Assembly (NCBI GenBank): GCA_025451535.1
Contig: JANWKE010000093.1
Location: forward strand, 4,824 to 68,823
Direction of reading: 5' to 3'
DNA length: 64,000 bases
DNA from: Verrucomicrobiia bacterium
Lineage (GTDB): Bacteria; Verrucomicrobiota; Verrucomicrobiia; Limisphaerales; UBA11358
Position 1 is the stretch's first letter. Each line of letters opens with the position of its first letter. A program made the position numbers and the translations under genes. This document shows, in pieces, positions 36,053 to 45,638 of this stretch. The notes beneath the pieces were generated by a model that was not told where the DNA came from, searched no databases, and saw only the letters and a program-made list of their open reading frames with translations.

Positions 36053-38464
36053 TTACATACCGAGGACAGTGCGATAGAAGCGGACTGGGAAAGTCGAGGC
36101 GCTGGTATCGGTGAAGTCGTACAGCGTGGCGGTGTTGGTCAGCAAGGGGTTCCACGCGCTCAGGTTGGTAGAACCCTGGATGATGTAGCTTTCGCCGCTG
36201 GTGCCCGCGACCCGCAGGCGAAATTGGCCATTCCCCAACCAGGCGGGGCGGGTCAGTTGCAGGTGAGGCGTCGGATAGAAGTTCAACTGGTCATTCCAGC
36301 GCGCGATAAACATGGACGGTTTGTCGCCGGCAAAAATGAACAGGCCGCCGACATAGAGATTATTGCTCACGGTGAGGAGTGCGTAGCCGGTCGCAGTCGC
36401 CGGGGTCATGAGCAAACCGCTGCCCGGTGGAGTCCAGGCGGCGCCGTCCCATTTAGCGATCCCGTTAAGGAGCGTGGCGCCGGAATTGGTGAACGAACCG
36501 GTGGCATAGAGCGCCGCGGGCGTGGCGGCGAGCGCCGAAACACTCCCGCTGTCGAAGCCGTTGCCGACGGCCGCCCATGAATTCCCGTCCCAACGCGCGA
36601 TACGTTTGACGACCGTTCCGGACGAATTGGTGAAACTGCCGCCGGCGTAGAGGTAACCATTTTGCATGGTGAGTCCGGAGACCGTGCCGTTCAGCTCCAT
36701 CCCGAGGTTCCACCAATTGGTGCCGTCCCAGCGTCCGATGTTGTCCACATTGGCTCCCAGATTCGGATCCGGCGGGCCAAACCCCCAACTGATAGAAAAG
36801 TTGCCGCCCGCATAAAGATTGACGCCGTCGCTGAACAGCGCGTTAAACACATTATTGATTCGCCAGGAGTCGATCCGCGGCACGTCCTGCCAATCGGATC
36901 CGTTCCACATCGCGATACCATGGAGTGAAGCCCCATCGCCGCGGGCATTGAACGAGCCACCGGCGAACAACACCCCTTTATGGATGGCGAACGCGTTCAC
37001 CGCGCCGTTGAATCCGTTGCCCATCGCCGACCAATTGGCGCCGTCCCACTTCGCCACATAATTCACGGGCGTGCCGGCCATGTTGGTGAATGTTCCGCCG
37101 GCGTAGACGGTTCCACCCGCCTTGGCCACAGCGAAGACGGCGCCGCTGCCGACCATCGCGCCACCGAGCGCCGACCAATTCGTTCCGTTCCATGCGGCGA
37201 TTCCATTCACAATGACATTGCCGGCTTCGGTGAACAGTCCTCCGGCGTACAGGTTGGTGCCATCGTAACTTAAAGCCCTCACACTCCGGTCATAGTGAGT
37301 CACGCCTTTGCTGGTGGTTCCGCCCAGGGCGAACCAGTTCGTACCATCCCAGCCGGCAACGTGACTGACGCCCACGTTGCCGGCGATATTGAAGCAACCG
37401 ACCGCATACAGCCTTCCGGCAGCGTCGAAGGCCATCCGGTAAACACCCACGGATGTGGAACCGATGCCAAAACCTTGAATGCCCGATCCCAACGGGTACC
37501 AGCTGTTTCCGTCCCACCTGGCAATGCAGTTCGCATTGATGCCGCCAATCGAGCTGAACTCGCCGCTCACATAAATGTTCGTGCCGTTGGCGGCGATTCC
37601 CCGCACCCGGCGATTCGCTCCGCCCCAGGGCGTCCATGGTTGCACCCCAAGAGGATTCCAAATGGCGAGATTCGTAATGCCGAGAACGGCGTTGGTGAAG
37701 TTGCCGCCCACATAAAGTCTGCCATTTTTATACAGCAATGCTTGAATCGTTCCGCTGAAACCCTGGCCTAACGCCGACCAGGCGTTTCCATCCCAACGGG
37801 CGATGTTTGTGGCGCTGACGCCGCCGGCGGACGTAAAGGAACCGGCGACGAAAAGATTGGTTCCGTCGGTTTCAATCGCATTCACCGCCGAAAAGAGCCC
37901 ACCGGTAACGCCCCCGCCAAGGCCAGTCCAGTGCGAACCGTCCCAGCGGGCGATATTATTAACCGTGAGCCCATCCGCCAGCGTCGACAAACCGCCGGCG
38001 TAGAGATTCGGCCCAACGATTTTGGTGGCCATGACAATTCCTGACATGCCACCACCCAGGGGATACCAACTGGTGCCGTCCCAACGCGCGATATTGGTGG
38101 CGCCTGAATTATCGGCATTGTTGAAAGTGCCACCGGCGTAGAGATTGTTTCCATCCACGGCCAACGCCAGGATTCCCGCGCCCGCCCCCATGCCGTTATT
38201 CAAGGCGTGCCAATTGGTTCCGTCATAACTCGCAATTCGGCTCGCCTTGACATTTCCCGCCGCCGTAAATGTGCCGCCGATGAAAACAGTTCCGCCGTTG
38301 ACGGCAACTGCCTGCGAGATGTCGTTGGCACCAACCGGACCAAATTGATTGTCCCAATGCTCATCACCCGGCACAGCAGCAACGGCAAGGGAAAGGGATG
38401 CAAGGAAGGCAAGGGCAATCGTGTCAGGTCTTCCGACTGACGGCGCGAACTTTGAGAAACTCAT
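36053..38464 (-). CDS. secreted repeat protein with about 14 tandem WDG-type beta-propeller blades plus a C-terminal beta-sandwich-like domain
   Basis: About 14 repeats of roughly 50 aa centred on IARWDG(T/N/S)xWxxLGxG (for example IARWDGTSWYPLGGG, IARWDGNAWSALGQG, VAKWDGANWSAMGNG). Start placed at MSFSKFAP (ATG 38464) ahead of a signal-like segment. Confidence 0.8.
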   Translation of the reverse strand: MSFSKFAPSVGRPDTIALAFLASLSLAVAAVPGDEHWDNQFGPVGANDISQAVAVNGGTVFIGGTFTAAGNVKASRIASYDGTNWHALNNGMGAGAGILALAVDGNNLYAGGTFNNADNSGATNIARWDGTSWYPLGGGMSGIVMATKIVGPNLYAGGLSTLADGLTVNNIARWDGSHWTGLGGGVTGGLFSAVNAIETDGTNLFVAGSFTSAGGVSATNIARWDGNAWSALGQGFSGTIQALLYKNGRLYVGGNFTNAVLGITNLAIWNPLGVQPWTPWGGANRRVRGIAANGTNIYVSGEFSSIGGINANCIARWDGNSWYPLGSGIQGFGIGSTSVGVYRMAFDAAGRLYAVGCFNIAGNVGVSHVAGWDGTNWFALGGTTSKGVTHYDRSVRALSYDGTNLYAGGLFTEAGNVIVNGIAAWNGTNWSALGGAMVGSGAVFAVAKAGGTVYAGGTFTNMAGTPVNYVAKWDGANWSAMGNGFNGAVNAFAIHKGVLFAGGSFNARGDGASLHGIAMWNGSDWQDVPRIDSWRINNVFNALFSDGVNLYAGGNFSISWGFGPPDPNLGANVDNIGRWDGTNWWNLGMELNGTVSGLTMQNGYLYAGGSFTNSSGTVVKRIARWDGNSWAAVGNGFDSGSVSALAATPAALYATGSFTNSGATLLNGIAKWDGAAWTPPGSGLLMTPATATGYALLTVSNNLYVGGLFIFAGDKPSMFIARWNDQLNFYPTPHLQLTRPAWLGNGQFRLRVAGTSGESYIIQGSTNLSAWNPLLTNTATLYDFTDTSASTFPVRFYRTVLGM

Positions 38465-38613
38465 AGGCTGCCGAATGCTATAAGCAATTCTAGAAAGATT
38501 TGTAAAACGAATCAATCCAAGCTTCTTGCGGTTGTCAGGGCAAAAGAAGGCTGATGGCGCCTCCGCCTCACCGGCGTCAATGAATTCAATAATCGCGGGG
38601 CAACGCGGCTGGC

Positions 38614-39756
38614 TTACTGGTTCACCTGCACCACGGTCGCGGGCGGGAAACCGTTGAAATACGTCGAGGAGGCGTGGCTGTAGGCGCCGATTTGTTCGCT
38701 GTACAGCAGATCGCCGAGCTGCAGGTTTTCCGGCAGGTTCTCCGCCATCGACACGACATCCAGCGCATCGCACGTCGGCCCGAATACCGAGCAGATTTGC
38801 GTCGCGCCCGGCTTGAACGCCTTCAAGTGATATTGACAGTGATCGAAAATCACGCCGGAGAAGGTGTGATAAACGCCGTCGTCAATGTAGTAGCAAAGTT
38901 TTCCGTCACGCACGGCCTTGCCGATGATTTTCGAGATGGCGGTTGCGGCGGTTGCGCACAGGAACCGGCCTGGCTCGGCAAGAATCTGGATATCTTTCGG
39001 AAACAACCGCTCCAATTCGCGGTTGATGACCCTGGCCAGTTCGCGGAACGGTTTGACGCTCGCGTCGTAGGGCGCGGGAAAACCGCCGCCGATATCGAGC
39101 AGGTTCATTTTGGTATAACCCCGGTCGCGCGCCTCCTTGAAAATATTTGCGGACAGGTTGATCGCGGCGACGTAGTTGTCAAAATTCGTCGTCTGACTAC
39201 CGACATGAAAACTGATTCCCTCGACGGTCAGGCCAACGCGGTCGGCTTCGAGAATCAAGTCGACCGCCTCGCCCGGCGACGCGCCGAATTTCGACGACAG
39301 TTCCACCATTGCGCCGGTGTTCGGCACTTTCAGCCGCAGCGCCAGACCCGCGTGCGGCGCATGCTTTTTGATCTTTTTGATCTCTTCAAAATTGTCGAAT
39401 GTCACCAGCGGCTTGTATTGATCAAGTTGTTTCAGCGTCTCGATGGCTTTGGTGGGATTGGCGTAGATGATTTTGTCCCAAATCCAGTCCTGCCGTTCCT
39501 TCGCGGGCAGGTGCCTGATATTTTGATAAACGTTTTCAAACTCGGGCATCGATGCGACGTCGAAGCTGGCGCCGGCCTGGTAAAACGTGCGGACGATGGC
39601 CGGGTCCGAATTGGCCTTCACCGCATAGTAAACCTGGATGCGCGGCAGATATTTTCTGAACATCGCGTAGTTGCGTCGCAACTCATCGTGGTCCACCACG
39701 AACAGCGGTGTGCCGTGTTTCGCGGCCAGTTTTTTTAGAGCAGTTTTCGAAATCAT
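38614..39756 (-). CDS. type III PLP-dependent decarboxylase (ornithine/lysine decarboxylase-like)
   Basis: PLP-lysine motif YYAVKANSDP, LDIGGGFPAPY, and length and termini typical of eukaryotic-type ODC/L-ODC. Its ATG abuts the hss stop. Confidence 0.85.
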   Translation of the reverse strand: MISKTALKKLAAKHGTPLFVVDHDELRRNYAMFRKYLPRIQVYYAVKANSDPAIVRTFYQAGASFDVASMPEFENVYQNIRHLPAKERQDWIWDKIIYANPTKAIETLKQLDQYKPLVTFDNFEEIKKIKKHAPHAGLALRLKVPNTGAMVELSSKFGASPGEAVDLILEADRVGLTVEGISFHVGSQTTNFDNYVAAINLSANIFKEARDRGYTKMNLLDIGGGFPAPYDASVKPFRELARVINRELERLFPKDIQILAEPGRFLCATAATAISKIIGKAVRDGKLCYYIDDGVYHTFSGVIFDHCQYHLKAFKPGATQICSVFGPTCDALDVVSMAENLPENLQLGDLLYSEQIGAYSHASSTYFNGFPPATVVQVNQ

Positions 39757-41238
39757 TTACTCTCCGTTGGTAACGAGGAAATTTTTGAACTGCCAGGGAT
39801 CGGCCAAATCCAGGTCCGGTCGGCTGTAAGCCCCGAATACGTTGGTGCGGTGCTTCAACGGTGTCCAGTCCGATGGTTTGGAAATCCATTTGCCGAGATA
39901 CGGCCGGGAAATTTTTAAAACGTAATCGTGCGGCAGATCGTCCGGCACCAGGACACCGCGCGCCGGATTTTCAATCATCCACATCGCGGCGGCGACGACG
40001 GAAATCGCCACCTGCATCGTCGTCGCGTTCTGGTGTGGCACGAGCCGGCGTGATTCGCCGATGCTCAGGTCACTGCCAATCCACCAGGAATTGTAGGCAT
40101 GGCCCATCAGCAGTGCGCCCAGGATATCCGCACCGCTGGTGATTTCGTCGTTCAAAATGCGCGCCTTGGGCTGCAATTGGTAATCATAACCACGCAGTTC
40201 GTTCAGCGAGGCAATGGCCACGTCCGCCGGGCAATAGGCGTAATGGACCGTCGGGCGATAAACCGCCTTGCCGTTTTCACAGACCGTCAGCCGGTCGGAA
40301 ATCGTAAACGCCTCGCCGTGGCGCACGACCATGCCGTGGATGCAATAATCCGGCACCCACGACCGGACCCAGGTGTTGATGCCCATGCGCGCGAGGCAAA
40401 TCTGGTTGCGCGGGCCGTCGGCGTGCTCGTGCGCCAGCTCCGGCAATTCCTTCTCGTGCGTGCCCCAACCCATCTCGGCGGTCGTCGTGCCTTCTTCGCG
40501 GAAACCTTCGACACTCCAGGTGTTGGCGAACTCGTCCACCGCCTTCGGCTGATCGGTGATTTGCGTGTCGCGCTCGCTGCAATGAACCACCTTCACGCCG
40601 AGTTTCATCGCGAGCCGGTTGAATTTTCCGTCGGCGATCAACTGCTGAACTTCTTCCGCAGTGCTTCCGGTGATTTTCTTGTCCTTGATGGCGCGCTTGC
40701 CGATATCAATCAACCCCTGCTTGGTGAAATGCGAAATCAATCCCGGATTCGCCCCGTGCTCCAGCACTGCTGTCGGGCCGGGCTGCGGCCATTGGGAAAT
40801 CATGCGGCGGATGTTCATGTGCCGCCAGTAGAGCGTCATCTTCTGCGGCGACGCACTCCTGGAATTTTCATACGGGTCCCACAACTCAACCGACGTGTTG
40901 ACGTAAAGCACGCCGCGTTCATGGCACCACTGGAGGATTTCGCAGCAGTCAATGTTCCACGCCAGGTCAATCAGCACGTCGCCGGCGGAAAGATATTGGC
41001 CGAGCAGCACATCCATGTTCTCGCGCGTCACCCGCTTGCGGGCGAACTTCACGCCGCGCTTGAGCCACGGCGCCAGCGCGCCGCGCCGGTCCTCGAAATC
41101 CATGACCGTGACGTTTTGGGCCGGGGTCTTGAGATGTTTGAAAAGGATCGGCAGCGCGCATTGCGCCACCGCGCCGTAGCCGACGAACAGGATTTTATTT
41201 TTGAATTCCAGCATGGCGGATATTTTTTGGCGCGGCAC
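39757..41238 (-). CDS. hss: homospermidine synthase (bacterial Hss type)
   Basis: It can be aligned by eye with my recollection of the Blastochloris viridis Hss sequence. Shared blocks include NTWSVEGF, GWGTHE, VRSWVP, VYRPTVHYAY, QNATTMQV and the C-terminal DPWQFKNFLV. Confidence 0.85.
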   Translation of the reverse strand: MPRQKISAMLEFKNKILFVGYGAVAQCALPILFKHLKTPAQNVTVMDFEDRRGALAPWLKRGVKFARKRVTRENMDVLLGQYLSAGDVLIDLAWNIDCCEILQWCHERGVLYVNTSVELWDPYENSRSASPQKMTLYWRHMNIRRMISQWPQPGPTAVLEHGANPGLISHFTKQGLIDIGKRAIKDKKITGSTAEEVQQLIADGKFNRLAMKLGVKVVHCSERDTQITDQPKAVDEFANTWSVEGFREEGTTTAEMGWGTHEKELPELAHEHADGPRNQICLARMGINTWVRSWVPDYCIHGMVVRHGEAFTISDRLTVCENGKAVYRPTVHYAYCPADVAIASLNELRGYDYQLQPKARILNDEITSGADILGALLMGHAYNSWWIGSDLSIGESRRLVPHQNATTMQVAISVVAAAMWMIENPARGVLVPDDLPHDYVLKISRPYLGKWISKPSDWTPLKHRTNVFGAYSRPDLDLADPWQFKNFLVTNGE

Positions 41239-41306
41239 TTTGTCGGAAATCTTTTTTTCTTACAAGCGTTTATTGAAAAAATTGGCAGGCGCTGTCCGCT
41301 TCCCCA

Positions 41307-42308
41307 TTACCACCCCAGCACGTACGCGAAAATCAACGGCGCGACGATCGTGGCGTCGGATTCGATGATGAACCGGGGCGTGTCCACCCCGAGTTTGCCC
41401 CAGGTGATTTTCTCATTCGGCACCGCGCCGGAATAGCTGCCGTAGCTCGTCGTTGAGTCGCTGATCTGGCAGAAGTAACCCCAAAGCGGCACGTCCGTGC
41501 GTCCCAAATCCTGGTGCAACATCGGCACGACGCAAATGGGGAAATCACCCGCAATGCCACCGCCAATCTGGAACATGCCGAGCGGATTCTTTTTTGCCGT
41601 GCGCGCATAAAAATCCGCCAGCCACGTCATGTATTCGACGCCGGTGCGTACGGTGTGAATGTTCTTCAAGCTGCCGCGGATGAGGGCCGCGGCATACATG
41701 TTCCCGATGGTCGAGTCCTCCCAGCCGGGCACGACAATGGGCAGGTCTTTCTCGGCCGCGGCCAGCATCCACGAATCCTTCGGGTCAATCTGGTAATGGT
41801 TCCGGTATTTGCCGCTGCGAAGAACCTGATAGAAGAATTCGTGCGGGAAAAACCGCTGGCCCGCCTGCTCGGCGGCAACCCAGACTTCGAGCATGGCTTC
41901 CTCCATGCGGCGCATCGCCTCGTTTTCCGGGATGCACGTGTCGGTCACGCGATTGAGATGGCGGTTGAGCAAATCCTCCTCCTGCGCCGGCGTGAGGTGC
42001 CGGTAATGCGGCACGCGCTCGTAATAATCATGCGCCACCAGGTTGAACACGTCCTCCTCGAGATTGGCGCCGGTGCAGGTGATGAGATGGACCTTGTCGC
42101 GGCGAATCATCTCGGCCAGGGACAGCCCGAGTTCGGCGGTGCTCATGGCGCCCGCGAGGCAAACCATCATGCGACCACCGGCGTCCAGATGCGTGCGGTA
42201 GGCTTGCGCAGCGTCCAGGAGGGTAGCGGCGTTGAAATGCCGGAAGTGCTCCTGAATGAAATCGGAAACCGGCCCACCGGAGGATTTGGGCTGCGCTTTC
42301 TTATTCAT
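41307..42308 (-). CDS. deoxyhypusine-synthase-family protein
   Basis: DHS blocks are present: LITCTGANLEEDVF, FQIGGGIAGDF, and ISDSTTSYGSYSGAVPNEKITWGKL, which aligns with the human DGSDSGARPDEAVSWGKI segment containing the catalytic Lys. Start placed at MNKKAQPK. Confidence 0.85.
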   Translation of the reverse strand: MNKKAQPKSSGGPVSDFIQEHFRHFNAATLLDAAQAYRTHLDAGGRMMVCLAGAMSTAELGLSLAEMIRRDKVHLITCTGANLEEDVFNLVAHDYYERVPHYRHLTPAQEEDLLNRHLNRVTDTCIPENEAMRRMEEAMLEVWVAAEQAGQRFFPHEFFYQVLRSGKYRNHYQIDPKDSWMLAAAEKDLPIVVPGWEDSTIGNMYAAALIRGSLKNIHTVRTGVEYMTWLADFYARTAKKNPLGMFQIGGGIAGDFPICVVPMLHQDLGRTDVPLWGYFCQISDSTTSYGSYSGAVPNEKITWGKLGVDTPRFIIESDATIVAPLIFAYVLGW

Positions 42309-42446
42309 AGGTGGAGTCTCAAAAATTCCGCGTTGCCCCACAATACAAAGGTTTGCGCGATTGCCAATCCCCAAATTCAAAATTGGTCACGGCGCAAAAT
42401 TCTCCACCCCATGCGGATTTGCGGCGCAATCCAAACCGATGTGAAG

Positions 42447-43505
42447 TTACTGCAACAGCACCAAATCCGGACGGGCGAGCGAGAGCCCGCCTTGAACATC
42501 ATCATGGAATTTGGCCCCGATGATGACGTTGTTGGTGCAGGTGGTGTCATTGACCCGGAAGGCGGCGCTCCCGCAACCGCTGGCGATGAGGTTGGTGAAG
42601 GCGTTGTGCACGCATTCGGTCCGGGGCGCCGGCGCCCAACCCCGCACGGTCTGCCGCTCGGCGTGGGCCATGAAGACTCCATAGTGACGGCTGTCCTGGA
42701 TGGAAATGTTATAAAATCTGTTGCCACGGCTCGCGCGCATGAAGATGCCCAGGTCATTGGCGGCCAGCACCGCGTTGCTGATCACGTTGTTGTTAAAAGC
42801 GAGATCCAGCGAAATGCCGGCACCGGGATTGTGGTGGAGATTAAGCTCCGTAAACAGGGAGTCCTCCGTATGATAACAGGCCAGGCCGTCAAATTCGTTG
42901 TCAAACGCCGTCAAATCCTGCACCGTCAGCCGCCGCACGCCTCGCGTCGTGACCAGTCCACCCGAGCGGGCACGGGCGCAGGTCACATGGACCACGACCG
43001 AGTCACTCACATTTTGCACCGTGATGCCGTTATTGCGGATTTGCGAACCTTCACCGGCCGATCGCCAGAGTTCGCGTTGCTGATGTGAGCGGTTTCCATC
43101 AATGAAAAGATTGCTGATGCGCAGATATCGGATGGTGTGCTGCGGATTATTAACCGGTTCTCCCAGGATGATGACCGGGCAATTGGCGCCGTCCGCCAGC
43201 CGGAGGATGGTGCCCTTTCCGGCACCGCGCAGGGTCTGATGATCCCGGCGCAGCACGATGGGTTGATTCACCGTGAAAACTCCCGCCGGTACGACCACTT
43301 CTCCACCACTCTCAGGCAGAAGATCCAGTGCGCGTTGGATTTGCACGCCCGACGCGCCGACAGCCAACTGAATGACCACCGGTTGAGCCGCCTGCACAGA
43401 TAATTGGGAGACAGCAAGATAGGTCAACGACAAGAGCAACAGCTCAATGAACGTCGTGCTTTTCACAGCCGCCCGATTTCTGACTTTATTTAGGCTCATC
43501 TTCAT
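42447..43505 (-). CDS. secreted right-handed parallel beta-helix repeat protein
   Basis: Signal/TM segment, then repeated short strands (ISNLFIDGN, ITVQNVSDSVVVHV, LTVQDLTAFDN, ISLDLAFNNNVISN, ISIQDSRHYGVFM) typical of pectate-lyase-fold proteins. Confidence 0.7.
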   Translation of the reverse strand: MKMSLNKVRNRAAVKSTTFIELLLLSLTYLAVSQLSVQAAQPVVIQLAVGASGVQIQRALDLLPESGGEVVVPAGVFTVNQPIVLRRDHQTLRGAGKGTILRLADGANCPVIILGEPVNNPQHTIRYLRISNLFIDGNRSHQQRELWRSAGEGSQIRNNGITVQNVSDSVVVHVTCARARSGGLVTTRGVRRLTVQDLTAFDNEFDGLACYHTEDSLFTELNLHHNPGAGISLDLAFNNNVISNAVLAANDLGIFMRASRGNRFYNISIQDSRHYGVFMAHAERQTVRGWAPAPRTECVHNAFTNLIASGCGSAAFRVNDTTCTNNVIIGAKFHDDVQGGLSLARPDLVLLQ

Positions 43506-43728
43506 AAGAGCGAGACCGTTGTGAGCAATCGCTGTTCCTGATTTATAGTCGTTCAAGTAGGGTGAATTTGCACCCAATTCCCATCACTTTTTTAAAAATT
43601 TTTTATTTGAACTTATCCGTGATGTGGCCGATATTAATGGTTGGAAGGCCTACCATCCCCTCAGTTAAATGTTGCCTCTCCGGCAAGTGGATGTCGTTTC
43701 AAGATTTCCCGGACCGGGCGGAGTGATT

Positions 43729-44883
43729 ATGCTCAGCGTACCTTTTATGGCGAACTCGCAATCCGCGAACACAGCAACTCCTGCCCACCTGGCTTACCGG
43801 ATGCCCGCAGAATGGGAACCGCATGAAGCCACCTGGCTCGCCTGGCCGCACAACGCCAGTGACTGGCCGGGCAAATTCGCGGCCATTCCCCGGGTTTACG
43901 GCGAAATGGTGCGAACAGTTTCCGCGGGTGAAATCGTTTATATGCTCGTCCGCCACAAAGCCGAGGAAAATTCCGCGCGCCGAATTCTCAAGCGTGCCGG
44001 CTGCAATCTGAAGAAAATCCGGTTCGTCGTTCATCCAACGAATCGTAGCTGGACGCGCGATAGCGGCCCGATTTTTGTCAAAAGTGGTGCAGTGGCGCTC
44101 CAGGGGCGTTGCTCAAAAAATCCGGCGGTCACAGACCGCCGTTACAAGCCGTCCGAGACGGCGATTGTTCATTTCCATTTCAACGGCTGGGCCAGGTACC
44201 ACCACTGGCGCAAGGACACAAAGGTCCCCGACACCGCCGCGCGCCTTTTGCGCAAGAAACTTTTCCACGCCGAATGGCACGGCCGGCCATTCGTCATGGA
44301 AGGCGGCGGCATCGAGGTGAACGGCCGCCGTACGCTGCTCTCGACGGAACAATGTTATCTCGACCCGAAAATCCAGGTCCGCAATCCCGGTCTGGGCAAA
44401 AAGGAAATCGAAGCAACGCTGAAAAATTATCTCGGCGTAACATATATTTTTTGGCTGGCCAAAGGCCCGGCCGGCGACGACACGCACGGTCACATTGACG
44501 ATATCTGCCGCTTCGTTAATCCCAGAACGCTCGTGCTCGTGCGCGAAAAAAATTCCCGGGATGTAAATTACCGCCCGCTCGCCGAAAACTGGGAGCGCAT
44601 CCATGATTTACGATTGGAAGATGGCGGCAAACCGGAAGTGGTCGAACTCCCCATGCCGTCACCGCTTTATTTTGACCGCCGGCGCTTGCCTGCGAGCTAT
44701 GCGAATTTTTACATCGGCAACGCCGCCGTCCTCGTCCCGACGTTTAATGATCCCAACGACCGCCTTGCCCTTGGCGTATTGGGCGAACTGTTCAAAGACC
44801 GCCCGGTCGTGGGCATTCACGCGGCGGACCTGGTTCTCGGTGGCGGCGCGCTGCACTGCCTGACGCAGCAACAGCCGGCTTAA
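43729..44883 (+). CDS. aguA: agmatine deiminase (peptidyl-arginine-deiminase fold)
   Basis: N-terminal YRMPAEWEPHEATWLAWPH, SWTRDSGPIFV, GDDTHGHIDD, and the C-terminal catalytic-Cys block GGGALHCLTQQQP. The start could be 43729 or 43747. Confidence 0.88.
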   Translation: MLSVPFMANSQSANTATPAHLAYRMPAEWEPHEATWLAWPHNASDWPGKFAAIPRVYGEMVRTVSAGEIVYMLVRHKAEENSARRILKRAGCNLKKIRFVVHPTNRSWTRDSGPIFVKSGAVALQGRCSKNPAVTDRRYKPSETAIVHFHFNGWARYHHWRKDTKVPDTAARLLRKKLFHAEWHGRPFVMEGGGIEVNGRRTLLSTEQCYLDPKIQVRNPGLGKKEIEATLKNYLGVTYIFWLAKGPAGDDTHGHIDDICRFVNPRTLVLVREKNSRDVNYRPLAENWERIHDLRLEDGGKPEVVELPMPSPLYFDRRRLPASYANFYIGNAAVLVPTFNDPNDRLALGVLGELFKDRPVVGIHAADLVLGGGALHCLTQQQPA

Positions 44884-44885
44884 GG

Positions 44886-44947
44886 CCCGGGGCAACAAGG
44901 AAACGAAGAAACAAAGCCATTTGACTTTCGTTGCCTCGTTTCCCGGG
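44886..44947. repeat. hairpin-forming repeat between convergent genes
   Basis: ggaaacgaag (44899-44908) pairs with cctcgtttcc (44934-43) at 9/10 positions. Outer cccggg sits at 44886-91 and 44942-47. It lies between the aguA stop and the tlpA-like stop. Confidence 0.45.
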
Positions 44948-44966
44948 TTGTCCAAAAGGAACGGTT

Positions 44967-45575
44967 TTAATTCGCGGGCGCGGCTTTGACGGTTCCGGCA
45001 AAATCGGATTCCGCTGCGTATTTTCTCAGGTCCGCAAACTCCTGCGGGCCAAACAGCACGCGCTGAATAATGCCATTGCGATCAATGACCATCGTCACGG
45101 GAATCGCATCCACGTCCTGATACGGTGACGGCACGTTTCCCATTATGCTCAACGGGTAATTGATGCCTTGCCGCTGCGCGAAAGCCTTTTGCGTATCCAA
45201 ATCGTCCGTGCTGACGCCGAGGATGATAACGTTTGTGGGTGAGGTGGCGCTGCGTAATTTGATGAAATTCGGAATTTCTTCCAGACATGGCGGACACTGG
45301 GTCGCCCAAAAGTTCAGCACGACCCGTTCGCCCTTCCAATCGGCCAAATGAATGGTTCGGCCGTCGAGATTGGTCACGGAGAAATCCGGCGCCAGGACGC
45401 CTTGCCACGCCCGCAACGCCTTCTGCTCGGGATCGAGCGGCGGCGGAGAAAAATAATAGAACGCCTCGACCGCAAGCAACGCCAGCACCGCGGCCAGCAG
45501 GCTCAATACCCAACGAAGTTTTCGCGCTGACGGCGACCGCGAATTGCCCGGGGAGGTTTTGGTTTCGTCATTCAT
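44967..45575 (-). CDS. TlpA-family thiol:disulfide oxidoreductase (thioredoxin fold)
   Basis: N-terminal membrane anchor and active site NFWATQCPPCLEEIP (CxxC). Confidence 0.85.
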   Translation of the reverse strand: MNDETKTSPGNSRSPSARKLRWVLSLLAAVLALLAVEAFYYFSPPPLDPEQKALRAWQGVLAPDFSVTNLDGRTIHLADWKGERVVLNFWATQCPPCLEEIPNFIKLRSATSPTNVIILGVSTDDLDTQKAFAQRQGINYPLSIMGNVPSPYQDVDAIPVTMVIDRNGIIQRVLFGPQEFADLRKYAAESDFAGTVKAAPAN

Positions 45576-45638
45576 GCAATCGGTCCGGTATCATCCGGTC
45601 AACAGGTTTTCATTTCGCTTCCCCCTTGTTCAGACCTT

